A DNA stretch of 64,000 nucleotides, from positions 304,414 to 368,413 of the forward strand of contig NZ_QQWI01000005.1 of the NCBI RefSeq assembly GCF_004125825.1, read 5' to 3'. Position numbers and translations under genes: made by a program. A model generated the notes under the pieces. The model was not told the origin of the DNA and made no database searches. It saw only the letters and a list, made by a program, of their open reading frames with translations. Position 1 is the stretch's first letter. Every line of letters begins with the position of its first letter. Below, one piece after another: positions 31,658 through 41,449 of this stretch. The DNA is from Fusibacter sp. A1. Lineage in GTDB: Bacteria > Bacillota > Clostridia > Peptostreptococcales > Acidaminobacteraceae.

Positions 31658-31798
31658 CTAGCTATTGTTTGACTCCGCCTAAAGCATCATGCTTTCCACT
31701 GCAAAGTCAGGTTTACCATTTGTCAATAGGAATGGATTATCAGACGTTTCATACGCCAAACAGCGATTTAATACTTATATCATGATAATATCCTTTTC

Positions 31799-32809
31799 TT
31801 AAAGTCTTGGTTGTTGACAAGTTTCACCTTTGATGAGTTCAACACTTACAGAAAGTCTAGTTACATCTGTCAGTTTAGATTCAACTAATTGAATACATTT
31901 TAGAGCTGCTTCCTTACCTAGTCTTACGGTATTTTGCTTCATCGTCGTAAGACGAGGATACATCATTTCACCTATTTCTAAGCCGTCAAACCCGGCCACA
32001 GAAACATCTTCTGGAACTCTGACTCCTAATCTTCTGAATGTGTTGATCGCCCATACTGCACAGTAATCATCAGGAAACATAACCGCTGTAGGCAAGTCTC
32101 CCCTACTGACTAGTTTTTCAACCGTGCTTATTGCAGCTTCTCTGTCGTTGAATCTTGACTCGATAATATTTTCTTCAAGAATTACCAAATCAGCATCTTT
32201 CATACTTCTCTTAAAGCCGTTTAATCGTTCAGTAGTGACATGAGACCTATGTCCGAAAGCATATGCGATATTTGTGTGACCAAGACTTATCAGATACGAT
32301 GTCAACTCGTACATCCCGGCAAAATTCTCTGACATGATAGAACTGGTATGATCTGATAAATGATCAATGACGACTACTGGAATCTCACTTGCCATCAGTT
32401 CCTTAACCTGCTTGCTTTCAAAATCGATACAAGCGATTACGACGCCATCCGTCTTTCTTCGTCTACAATGTTCCAAATAAGACGTTTCCTCACCACCAAA
32501 ATTCTTTGAAATGAAGGTAATGTCATAGCCTTTCTCTTCAGCTTGTTCCTTTACGGATTGCAAGATTGGAGCAAAATAGTAATGATTCAAACCGCTATGG
32601 TTCTCGTCTTCGAATAATACTCCAATATTCCAGGTTTTTTTTGTACTAAGTGCTCTAGCTTGGGAGTTTGGAGTAAAACCCATTTCTCTCGCCATTTTCA
32701 AAATTCGTTCTTTTGTGTTGATGTTTACATCAGGATAATTGTTAAGTGCCTTTGAAACGGTAGCGCTTGAACAACCGCATGCCTTTGCAATGTCGTATAT
32801 TGTAATCAT
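31799..32809 (-). CDS. LacI-family transcriptional regulator
   Basis: MITIYDIAKACGCSSATVSKALN HTH plus a periplasmic-binding-fold effector domain. Start at MITIYD, not the longer ORF start at 32881. Confidence 0.85.
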   Translation of the reverse strand: MITIYDIAKACGCSSATVSKALNNYPDVNINTKERILKMAREMGFTPNSQARALSTKKTWNIGVLFEDENHSGLNHYYFAPILQSVKEQAEEKGYDITFISKNFGGEETSYLEHCRRRKTDGVVIACIDFESKQVKELMASEIPVVVIDHLSDHTSSIMSENFAGMYELTSYLISLGHTNIAYAFGHRSHVTTERLNGFKRSMKDADLVILEENIIESRFNDREAAISTVEKLVSRGDLPTAVMFPDDYCAVWAINTFRRLGVRVPEDVSVAGFDGLEIGEMMYPRLTTMKQNTVRLGKEAALKCIQLVESKLTDVTRLSVSVELIKGETCQQPRL

Positions 32810-32827
32810 AAGGCACCTACCTCTCTT

Positions 32828-32909
32828 TCGAAACCGCTTTCGTAAAGCGGCTAAAAAAAAGGATAACATATGGACTATCACGCACCTTAAATACCGAAAC
32901 CGCTTTCGA
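32828..32909. promoter_or_regulatory. Two copies of near-palindrome TCGAAACCGCTTTCGA (LacI-type operator candidates)
   Basis: 32828-32842 and 32894-32909. Half-sites TCGAAA / TTTCGA around a CCGC core. Confidence 0.45.
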
Positions 32910-33080
32910 CAATTAGATTATAGCACTACGTTTTCCTACTCGTCAAGACAAAATTTTACGCTTTCTTAACACAAGTTCTTACTAGTACGATCAAGTCGTT
33001 GATATGACATTTATACAGCTGTTGTGAACTTCATCGATAAATGAAATCGATTTCGTCAAACAATGAGATCAATTCATTTA

Positions 33081-33407
33081 TCACCTCCTGTGCATTTCGA
33101 AAATGAAAGATGCATAATCATAAGTGATTTCAGTTACATTAAGAAACGCATTTGTCATATGCCATATTGACGTACCTTCGATTGGTTTCATCTGGTTGCG
33201 CTTGTAGTCGTAACCATGAGCGTTGCCTAGTACAACCACATTTTCAGTCTGTTCATTTCCTCTATAGATCAACGTCACATTCGAGTAGTTGGTATCGACC
33301 GGTTCAATCACCGGGTATCCAATTTTAAGAACTCAGTGACGAATTCGGCCTCAGATAACCTTCTATCTTTCAAATCACTCGTCAACTCCATCAGTCCATT
33401 TGACATT
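33081..33407 (-). pseudogene. Possible frameshifted small gene (~110 aa if restored)
   Basis: MSNGLMELTSDLKDRRLSEAEFVTEFLK(frameshift)IGYPVIEPVDTNYSNVTLIYRGNEQ...VVVLGNAHGYDYK. Two frames are needed, no homology recognised. Confidence 0.25.
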
Positions 33408-33456
33408 CTGTCCCATTTTTAAAGTTATACACTGGTTAAAATTTCTTTTAGATACA

Positions 33457-33482
33457 AATTTATTGTACAATAAATTGTACAA
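33457..33482. promoter_or_regulatory. 20-bp perfect palindrome AATTTATTGTACAATAAATT plus a second TTGTACAA box upstream of the radical SAM gene
   Basis: Perfect dyad symmetry, ~100 bp upstream of 33584. Confidence 0.45.
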
Positions 33483-33583
33483 ATGTTATCCTTGATGTAT
33501 GCGATTTAGTATTTTTATTTATAAGTTTCAATCAGAACTACCAGATGAAGTATCAATGAAATTTCACATAGTAAGGAGAAACC

Positions 33584-34525
33584 ATGCACGCTTTTAAAAA
33601 CTTGAACAGAATTGAATTTATGGTTACCCATACCTGCTCAGGACAATGTAAACACTGTTCTGTATCAGATAGGCTTAAAACCACCATCGAAGATGTCGCT
33701 TCAATAGACCAGCTGACTAGCGCGCTTCGCGATGTGACAAAACACGCTGAAATCGAATCAGTGATGACTTTTGGCGGCGAGCCCCTTTTGAGACATGAAA
33801 CGGTATGTGCAGTCCACCAAACCGCAAAGGAGCTTGGTATTAAAGACAGGCACCTGATCACAAACGGATTCTTTACAAAGGACAGAAGCACCATAAAGAA
33901 AGTCGCGCAAAATCTGGCAACTTGCGGTATCACTTCAATTTGCGTCTCTGTTGACGCATTCCATCAAGAAACGATACCAATTGAACTAGTGGAATACTTC
34001 ATTCAGTCCTTACTTGAAGCTGACTTCAATAACATTCACCTGCACCCTGCCTGGGTGGTAAATAAAGAGCATGACAATCCTTATAACAAGGAGACGAAAA
34101 GACTTCTTCGGCAATTGGCTCCACTTCAAGTCAATGAATCGAATGGGAACACTATCACCCTAAAGGGTAACGCAAAAAAATACTTAAGTGATTACTATAC
34201 ACCGTCAGTGACTGACTTATCTGTCAAATGCGGTGAGATGAAGTATGCTAACTCGCTGGATGACGTGCGTTTTTTATCTATTCAGCCAAACGGGGATATT
34301 GAACTATGCAAAGCTTTTAAGATTGGCAACGTCCAGACTGAAACCGTGAAAGAAATGCTACTTACCTACAATCCGATGTCAAACGAAAACATTAGACTGA
34401 TTACAGAACATGGCGTCCAAGGACTTGTAGAACATGCGAAACGCATGAATCTTACACCGAATTTTGATCCAAGTGATTCCATGTGCAGCATTTGCACTTC
34501 TTTACAGAAAACATTGTCGTGTTAA
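33584..34525 (+). CDS. Radical SAM protein
   Basis: CSGQCKHC = CxxxCxxC; FGGEPLL glycine-rich SAM motif. Confidence 0.75.
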   Translation: MHAFKNLNRIEFMVTHTCSGQCKHCSVSDRLKTTIEDVASIDQLTSALRDVTKHAEIESVMTFGGEPLLRHETVCAVHQTAKELGIKDRHLITNGFFTKDRSTIKKVAQNLATCGITSICVSVDAFHQETIPIELVEYFIQSLLEADFNNIHLHPAWVVNKEHDNPYNKETKRLLRQLAPLQVNESNGNTITLKGNAKKYLSDYYTPSVTDLSVKCGEMKYANSLDDVRFLSIQPNGDIELCKAFKIGNVQTETVKEMLLTYNPMSNENIRLITEHGVQGLVEHAKRMNLTPNFDPSDSMCSICTSLQKTLSC

Positions 34526-35304
34526 CTTAACTCCCTTAAAAGAAATCTTAGATGCGTTACATCATCAATGATATAATCGGGTTTGTATACTGCATTCTCA
34601 TTTGAAGCTTCACTGTACACGCCCGTTTTCACTTGTATGGCAATCGCATTGATTTTTTTTGCCCCAAATATATCTGTCGCAATGTCGTCTCCAATAACCA
34701 TGGTTTTCTCAGGTAAGCTATTGGTACGTGCAAGCGCCATATTAAAATACTCGCTTGCCGGTTTACCCATAAGCTTCGCCTTTTTATTACACGCGGTCTC
34801 GAACATACTTACAAAAGCACCGGTGTTGATGCTGTCCCCATCTCTGTCGATATACCATAGGGTATTCGATAGTGAGATTATCTCAGCACCATTTTTTATC
34901 AGTCTAAACGCCTTGTTGATCACATCGTAGTTCATCTTATCGTTAAAATCGCCAATCACCACATAATCAGGAGTTTGATCATCTCTAATCGCACCTTCAA
35001 AATCGGCAAGCACGTCGTCATGAACTAAAAAGTGATATCTTTTCTCAGGCTCCATAGCAATCATTTGCTTCACTGCCGATACCGGTGTAAAAAGTTCATC
35101 CTCTTGAATATCAATCCCCAGCCTTGTTACCCGTTTATGTACATCACCAATACTTCTACCATCCGTGTTAGTGATAAAATTCAAGTGATATCCTTCTTCT
35201 CTTAAGTTACTGATAAGTTCTGCAACACCTTTGACCATCACACCTTTTTCATATAGTGTCCCGTTCAAATCAAAAATAAGTGTATCAATATTTTTAAACT
35301 TCAT
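34522..35304 (-). CDS. HAD-IIA family sugar-phosphatase-like hydrolase
   Basis: Motif I FDLNGTLY, motif II ITNTD, motif IV GDDIATD. Confidence 0.75.
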   Translation of the reverse strand: MKFKNIDTLIFDLNGTLYEKGVMVKGVAELISNLREEGYHLNFITNTDGRSIGDVHKRVTRLGIDIQEDELFTPVSAVKQMIAMEPEKRYHFLVHDDVLADFEGAIRDDQTPDYVVIGDFNDKMNYDVINKAFRLIKNGAEIISLSNTLWYIDRDGDSINTGAFVSMFETACNKKAKLMGKPASEYFNMALARTNSLPEKTMVIGDDIATDIFGAKKINAIAIQVKTGVYSEASNENAVYKPDYIIDDVTHLRFLLRELS

Positions 35305-35432
35305 TGTTCCTCCTATAGCTCATCGTCTAGACTACTTTAACTATGCTGTAAAAGTCAGGTCGCTATTTATTTTCAACTACTACTAGTTTACTAAAACAAA
35401 ATCGATATTTCACAGTTTTAAGTTAAATATAA

Positions 35433-35466
35433 TAAAAAAGCGATATCACTTACGAGTGATATCGCC
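35433..35466 (-). terminator. Terminator after the GH94-like gene
   Basis: GCGATATCACT-TACG-AGTGATATCGC plus a U-run on the minus strand. Confidence 0.55.
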
Positions 35467-35514
35467 ATTCCATTTAATCCTGATAAGCTGCATCAAGAAG
35501 AAAGTCACTTACTA

Positions 35515-38500
35515 CTACTTCAGTTTGCTGCTATCAACACTAACTTCAATTCTATCAATCTGATGATTGCGCATGAAAATTCGTTGACTGATTGACTTAT
35601 TAAGCATGTTGGTAGCTTCGAACTCACCTGATGTTCCATCGTTGTAATAGACTGTAATCTTGCGCTCAAGAGCAAACTTGTAAACAACCGGAACCGCACA
35701 GAACGTAAAGGCTAAGGAACCAGGCTCAAGTTGTATTGCCGTTTTTTGCGTCTTGTCACCTTTTGAAGGTAGAGTCCATAGGCTCGCATCTTTAAGAAAC
35801 TCAGACTTAGGAAGTAGTACTGGATCAAAAATAAGACAACCGCTTTTAACCTTGACGCCTAGTTCTCCGAACCGTGCGATGAAATCTTCCTTAACCTGCC
35901 CAGTCATTCCTGGTTGCTGCACTCCTGCAAAACCTGGAGTGTGAGAATAAGGATCTGTTGGGAACGCACCATAGTCTTCCGGCGACTTCTCTAGTCCGAT
36001 TCCCGCTTTTATGTCTTCATAATAATGCATTAGCTCTTTTGTCTCATGACTCATTCCACTCGTTGTGTACGCGTCAAAAAAGTTTTCCTGAGTGATCAAG
36101 GCTAATTTGGAAACCATATGCCAGTAGATGCATCCAAGGCCTTCATACTTGTAAAAAGTGCCCGAACGTCCTGTGAATGCGTGATGGTTGAACAGTCTAG
36201 TAAAGATTTCTCCAACCGCTTCTATATCCGAAACCTCATAATCATTTGATCTTTCAATCGCTTCAACCAACTCATCGCTGTTTCTGAATTGTCCATTAAA
36301 ATGATAGTTTCCATGAATATCTTTTTCAATAAATCTTGTCCGTCCAGCGTCGATTTCGGTTTTAAGTACTACTGAAGACATCACCTCAGCTGCTGGCACG
36401 ATATTCTTTTCTAAAAATTTTGGTAGCTCGCGGTTTGGATAAAGCATATAGCTGTTCTGATCCTCGCGGTAAATACTGCTGCTTCTTAGTGCCTTTAAGA
36501 CGCTTACAGCCTCTTTACTGTCAAGCGCCTTAGAACTGAGCACGGCGACCTGACCTTCTAGCATTTCATATAAATTAGAAACAGAACACGTATCACCGTC
36601 GAAGTGAATCAGGTTGTAAGAGTGATATAGACCATCTTCACGTTTATTCTTATTGATTGAATCCTTTAAGTGATCTGATGAAACCTCAATAAACGCCTTT
36701 AGCGATTCAGTCGGCAATGCTTTTTTTATACCTGTAAAACCATTGTCGTAGATCGAATTTCTATACGTCTGACCGATCTCACCAAGTGACTTGACTACTG
36801 CAAATCGATTCTCGTTTGAAATGTTCTGACCTAGTAACTGCCTATTCTCTTCAAGTACAGTCAAGGTATCGTTAAACATGTCAAGTACTTCTATAGAAAC
36901 TTCAATTTCCTGTTCGGTGATTCCTTCTACAAGATCGCGCATATATGCCAAGAACCGATGTAAGTAACCTAAAGTGACCATAGAGAGCCCATTACCGACA
37001 AGAGCGTTGTTCGCATCATTCCACTCAGGTCGCTGCGTATTCATCCAAATGCCACCTTCCGGTACATAGTTTGAAAATTTAGACAACATTGTTACCAGTA
37101 GCTTTTCCATCAGGTTCACCTTATAAGTCTCATCCCCCTGATATATCAGTTTTCCGTCTGATCCCACTACTTTTGTTTTATCATCAATACGTCTTCCTAG
37201 CTCGTCATCAAAGTCGATGCTGTTCCTTGGGTCTTTGACTAAAGATTTAAAATCTCTTATTCTATATGGCACATTCGCATAGACGAAAACATTTTTATGA
37301 AGAAGCTCTTTTAACTTGCTGGAATCATAATCATTGGAGAGTTCCAAAAGTTTAAGCAAGTAGATGATCTGATGGTCGCCCCAATAACCTATATTGGACC
37401 ATGGATCTTGCGGATCGTGCACCTCCCAATCAATTCCTTCTTTTGTGATTCTGTAAGGATTGTATCCATCCGCCGTCGAAGCATTTAGAAATTTGGCGAT
37501 GATACTTTCAATATACCCAGGGTATGAAATAGACAGCGCTTCCCAGTTTTGAAAAATATCACGCCAGTTTCCTTCAAATTTAAGTTTTTTACTTCCATCA
37601 TCCTTGAATAGATCAATATTGAATTTATTCCACGGACGACTTGGGTCTCCGTGTCTTCTGCTATAGGTAAGCGGTAAGTATTCGTACACCAGTCGTTCAA
37701 AATCTGGGCTGTTAAGTTCTTTTACCAGTGCCAACAACTCATGATACTCAATCGTCTCAGGTAACTGCTTTAAAACGTTAAGATGCATATCATAGACCGA
37801 CTTGTTCCAACCTTCGATGAACTCGTTAAAATCATCTGTATCGATTTTATATTCATCGGCGTAAATACCACCTCTCATGATATTGTAAAGGGTGTTCGAA
37901 AAATGACGGTAGCCCGCCTTCTCATTTGCAGTATGCTGAAAGCCGTCAGCTTCAAATACGAGCCTTCTTAACTTGTTATCACCCTTTAAAACGTCAGCAC
38001 TTAACTCTTGAATTATCATTTGATTCACTTTTAACGAATTTATGAGGCTCTCTACGGATGCGGCACTTTGGTTTAGCTCTGCAACAATCACCCATTCTCT
38101 TTTTTCGTTGCCGCTTAGTTCAAGGGTATCATGAACATAATAGGCGCCTCGTCTCCCTTTGACATCGTACTCCGTTTCAATGGAATTCCCCTTTGTAAAC
38201 ACAGCTAGCTGCTGTTCTGATAAAAGATAAGTCGGATTATCAAAGCCTTTTGACCAAACCGTCGTGGCTTTGAGCGACTCACTTGGTTCAGCCTTATCAG
38301 AAAGGATTGAGCTTAATGTGTATATTCCAAGACCTGTATCCGCATGTAGTTCACATCGTTTGTATCCGTCGACAAGCGTGCTTTTTGTGGTTTGCATCAG
38401 TGTATCTACACCATACGGAAGTATATTTCTAATTCCATCTAAAACCTTGACCTTTATAACTGATTCAGAAAGATTGATAAGTTCAGATGCTTTTACAAAT

Positions 38501-38982
38501 CCGAAAGTGTCGGAACTTTTCCATGTATAGCTAAAGCTCACATTCAAGTCATGATTGATTTCTTCAAAGATGATTTTATTACCTATCGCATTTTTGTAGA
38601 GATTACGCGAAATGACATAGACATCCGCATGTTGAGTAGAAAATGGCTTCCACAAAAACCGTTTCTCTTCTTTTTCGACGATCAAGACGGTATCAGAACC
38701 AGAAGTCTCAATGCTGTCATGTATCTTATCGTCCGTATAATATGGAAACAGCGCTGAATCGGCATTCTTACGTCCGCAAGTCACACCACCCGTGCTTGAT
38801 ATATACATCCAGTGGTCTACATCGCTGACTACAGACATAAAAAAGGGATCCATCTGATTAAAATTCTCAATCTTGAAGAAAGTCTCATCGGATCTTCTTA
38901 TCGTTTCAAGCGAAATCGATTTCGTAAATGGGTTTAAAAGATTGCTGCCAAAATACAAATCTTGTTCATTGCTCATTTTCAT
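35515..38982 (-). CDS. Large cytoplasmic GH94-like glycoside phosphorylase family protein (possibly beta-1,2-oligoglucan phosphorylase-like)
   Basis: 1155 aa, no signal peptide. RPEWNDANNAL resembles the GH94 catalytic-acid motif (G)DWND. Lies in a locus with GH1, ROK kinase, LacI and HAD phosphatase. Confidence 0.5.
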   Translation of the reverse strand: MKMSNEQDLYFGSNLLNPFTKSISLETIRRSDETFFKIENFNQMDPFFMSVVSDVDHWMYISSTGGVTCGRKNADSALFPYYTDDKIHDSIETSGSDTVLIVEKEEKRFLWKPFSTQHADVYVISRNLYKNAIGNKIIFEEINHDLNVSFSYTWKSSDTFGFVKASELINLSESVIKVKVLDGIRNILPYGVDTLMQTTKSTLVDGYKRCELHADTGLGIYTLSSILSDKAEPSESLKATTVWSKGFDNPTYLLSEQQLAVFTKGNSIETEYDVKGRRGAYYVHDTLELSGNEKREWVIVAELNQSAASVESLINSLKVNQMIIQELSADVLKGDNKLRRLVFEADGFQHTANEKAGYRHFSNTLYNIMRGGIYADEYKIDTDDFNEFIEGWNKSVYDMHLNVLKQLPETIEYHELLALVKELNSPDFERLVYEYLPLTYSRRHGDPSRPWNKFNIDLFKDDGSKKLKFEGNWRDIFQNWEALSISYPGYIESIIAKFLNASTADGYNPYRITKEGIDWEVHDPQDPWSNIGYWGDHQIIYLLKLLELSNDYDSSKLKELLHKNVFVYANVPYRIRDFKSLVKDPRNSIDFDDELGRRIDDKTKVVGSDGKLIYQGDETYKVNLMEKLLVTMLSKFSNYVPEGGIWMNTQRPEWNDANNALVGNGLSMVTLGYLHRFLAYMRDLVEGITEQEIEVSIEVLDMFNDTLTVLEENRQLLGQNISNENRFAVVKSLGEIGQTYRNSIYDNGFTGIKKALPTESLKAFIEVSSDHLKDSINKNKREDGLYHSYNLIHFDGDTCSVSNLYEMLEGQVAVLSSKALDSKEAVSVLKALRSSSIYREDQNSYMLYPNRELPKFLEKNIVPAAEVMSSVVLKTEIDAGRTRFIEKDIHGNYHFNGQFRNSDELVEAIERSNDYEVSDIEAVGEIFTRLFNHHAFTGRSGTFYKYEGLGCIYWHMVSKLALITQENFFDAYTTSGMSHETKELMHYYEDIKAGIGLEKSPEDYGAFPTDPYSHTPGFAGVQQPGMTGQVKEDFIARFGELGVKVKSGCLIFDPVLLPKSEFLKDASLWTLPSKGDKTQKTAIQLEPGSLAFTFCAVPVVYKFALERKITVYYNDGTSGEFEATNMLNKSISQRIFMRNHQIDRIEVSVDSSKLK

Positions 38983-39091
38983 GTTCCTTTCCCTATTTAA
39001 AATAACCTTTGTTTGTTATGTTGCACTACAATATTTTTTCTCATTGTATAATATCCATGCTAAAAATACAATAAGGCTATCAACGATCACA

Positions 39092-39874
39092 TTAGAGATG
39101 AAGTAGCGAATACTCAAAATTCATAGTACTTAAAAGATCAAAAACCATTTTCACCACTAAGATTAAAGATACCACAACAAATACCGGTTTAATAAACTTT
39201 GAGCCCTTTTTAAGTGCGAGTTTAGCTCCTACCTGACCACCCAACATCATCGAAAAGGCCATGGGTATTCCATAGGCATACATGACTTCCCCGTTGATTA
39301 GAAAAAGGATAAGCGCAGTTGCGTTTCCAGTCAGATTTAACATCTTGGCATTCGCAGACGCTTTTTTAAAATCAAATCCATAGATCGCAATAAGAGCAAA
39401 GATCAGAAATGATCCTGTACCTGGACCAAAAAAACCATTGTAGAATCCGATACCAAGCGCCATAAACATACCAAGTAAAATCGTTCTTTTTGTCAGGTTC
39501 TCAAACGTGCTCTTAAGTCCTAGTTCTTTGTGAAGCAGTGTATATAGTCCGATAGCAAGTACGAGTATGATAATAAGAATTCTAAGGAACTCAGGATCCA
39601 CCCTAAGTACCACCCACACTCCTACGGCTGACCCGATCAGTGAAAAGGGTAATAAATACTTCATCAGTCTAGTATTCACTTCACCGCTTCTGAAAAACTC
39701 GATTGTAGAAGAGATCGTACCTAATGAAGATGCGAACTTATTGGTCCCAAGTGCCAGATAAGTTGGCATACCTGTAGCCAGAAGTGCCGGTATAGTGATC
39801 AATCCGCCACCTCCAACGATAGCGTCTACGAGCGCACCAAAAAATCCTGCCAAGCAAATAATAAATAATGTCAA
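39092..39874 (-). CDS. TauE/SafE-family sulfite/anion exporter
   Basis: 260 aa. Duplicated 4-TM halves with GGGGLITIPAL and MLGGQVGA motifs. Confidence 0.8.
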   Translation of the reverse strand: MTLFIICLAGFFGALVDAIVGGGGLITIPALLATGMPTYLALGTNKFASSLGTISSTIEFFRSGEVNTRLMKYLLPFSLIGSAVGVWVVLRVDPEFLRILIIILVLAIGLYTLLHKELGLKSTFENLTKRTILLGMFMALGIGFYNGFFGPGTGSFLIFALIAIYGFDFKKASANAKMLNLTGNATALILFLINGEVMYAYGIPMAFSMMLGGQVGAKLALKKGSKFIKPVFVVVSLILVVKMVFDLLSTMNFEYSLLHL

Positions 39875-40123
39875 AATAGCCTCCTTGTTCAGTCATCCTA
39901 TTCTAGCATTTAAATCGGGTGGATAACAACAAGTATTCAAAGTGAAAGAAGTGGGAACTCTGTCCTGACTATTAGGGACTATTGTCACCAAACGGCTTCA
40001 ATCGCTTGCACGGTGACAAGACAAGGGCATATAATGTTAAAATAATATAATTGCAACCAGTGTAATTAACCGTTGAGCTGGCGATTGAAGGATAAACCGT
40101 AGTATGGATAAGGAGGTGCTGCT

Positions 40124-40474
40124 ATGAAATTCAAATATGTTTCGATCGTCTTGATCATCCTCCTTATTGGATTGATGGTTTCCTTAGATTATGCAGATCA
40201 ATACAAGCGTAGACAAATGACTGTAAAAATAGAAGGTCTTGTTGTTGAAGTGATGGAAAAAGAAGCAGCACTCATGGACAGCTCCCTTAACCTACTCAAT
40301 AAGACAAGTGAAAAACTTGAAGAAGAAATTGCAGACCTTAACTCAAAAATCAACAAGCTATCAAAGGAAATTGAAGTTTTCAAAGCACGTGAACTTCGGG
40401 CGTTTACAAGCAAAGCCATGAGTAATTTTTCTGAACTGATCAAAGATATCAAACACATGATTGGTGGTAGATAA
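40124..40474 (+). CDS. Hypothetical membrane-anchored coiled-coil protein
   Basis: N-terminal TM, heptad-rich remainder. GGAGGTG RBS. Confidence 0.4.
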   Translation: MKFKYVSIVLIILLIGLMVSLDYADQYKRRQMTVKIEGLVVEVMEKEAALMDSSLNLLNKTSEKLEEEIADLNSKINKLSKEIEVFKARELRAFTSKAMSNFSELIKDIKHMIGGR

Positions 40475-40509
40475 AAGTAGTCATAAGAACCGGTTATAAT
40501 TTCTATAAT

Positions 40510-40541
40510 AAAAGCACCTTGATTGGGTCAAGGTGCTTTTT
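40510..40541. terminator. Bidirectional terminator
   Basis: AAAAGCACCTTGA-TTGGG-TCAAGGTGCTTTTT. Confidence 0.6.
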
Positions 40542-40569
40542 GATATTCATTTAGTTTTACTAGCTCTGT

Positions 40570-40856
40570 CTATGCCGCTTTCGGATCTGAACCGAAGGTA
40601 TTCCCACCAAGCGTGCCTTCTGTAACCATTAAGATGAAGAACCAGATTTGTCCGATAAGTGGTATCCATGAAATGAGAATCCACCAAGCCGACTTGTTGA
40701 TATCGTGTAATCTTCTGAACGTCAATGCAAAACTTGGAATAACAACAATCAACGCATATAGATAATACAACGCTGCGAAGTTGAAATACCACTAATTTTT
40801 CTATATTTTTTTTTCATATCTTGCAAACTCATAGTGGTCTTCCAGTATGAACTTAT
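40570..40856 (-). pseudogene. DUF805-family membrane protein, N-terminus frameshifted and overlapping the GNAT gene
   Basis: C-terminal 70 aa (RRLHDINKSAWWILISWIPLIGQIWFFIL...GSDP) is a typical DUF805. The upstream N-terminal region sits in another frame as KYRKISGISTSQ, corresponding to KYANFSGRASRSE. Confidence 0.4.
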
Positions 40857-41283
40857 CATAGAGTTCAAAACCGTTGTGTTCATATATGCTTCTAAGAAAG
40901 ACGTTTCCCCACGCTGTATCAAGACGCAACTTATCCACTTTTCGTTTTTTGCATTCATCCACGGCATAATTGATCAGATGTCCGGTTAAGCCTTGACCTG
41001 AAAAACTTCTTCTCACGCTCATATGGTGTAGATAACCTGCATCATTTTTATCAAATTCCGGCCAAAACTGATGATCTTCCCACTGCATGATCATCGCAGC
41101 TGCATCTTCGCCATCGACCGTGATCAAGTAAAACTCATCTTCAGAATAATAGTTCAATAAATTTTCACGATTCAACTCTTGTTCGTTCCATATATTTCTG
41201 CCGATATTTTTTCCCCAGTGAGCGACTTCTTTCATGATTGCGATCGATCGGTCTACTTCACCAACATGTAGTTCTATTGTCAT
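40801..41283 (-). CDS. GNAT-family N-acetyltransferase (YuaI-like by position)
   Basis: Acetyl-CoA motif A (RSFSGQGLTGHLINYAV). Confidence 0.8.
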   Translation of the reverse strand: MTIELHVGEVDRSIAIMKEVAHWGKNIGRNIWNEQELNRENLLNYYSEDEFYLITVDGEDAAAMIMQWEDHQFWPEFDKNDAGYLHHMSVRRSFSGQGLTGHLINYAVDECKKRKVDKLRLDTAWGNVFLRSIYEHNGFELYDKFILEDHYEFARYEKKI

Positions 41284-41397
41284 AGGTACCCCTCCTTAAC
41301 TGTCTTATCCACTACAACGAAGTATTTCCCTATGTTATATGTATACCTTGCTCGTGCTCTTTTAATCATTACCCTCACTAGTCAATTAGAGGAATAA

Positions 41398-41434
41398 GCA
41401 AAAGCGACGTCACTTTTTATGAGACGCCGCTTTC
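41398..41434 (-). terminator. Terminator after the giant ATPase gene
   Basis: AAGCGACGTC...GACGCCGCTT hairpin plus a U-run on the minus strand. Confidence 0.45.
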
Positions 41435-41449
41435 ATAACCTTTTACTTT

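Noticed and set aside
33553-33933. 126-aa minus-strand ORF antisense to the radical SAM gene
   Set aside because: Overlaps the CxxxCxxC-bearing N-terminus of a well-supported gene. No homology.
39990-40095. Long-range inverted repeat CTTCAATCGC ... GCGATTGAAG plus a TTGTCACC/GGTGACAA hairpin upstream of the 40124 gene, considered as a riboswitch
   Set aside because: No match to any riboswitch consensus I know. More likely promoter-region secondary structure. Left unannotated.
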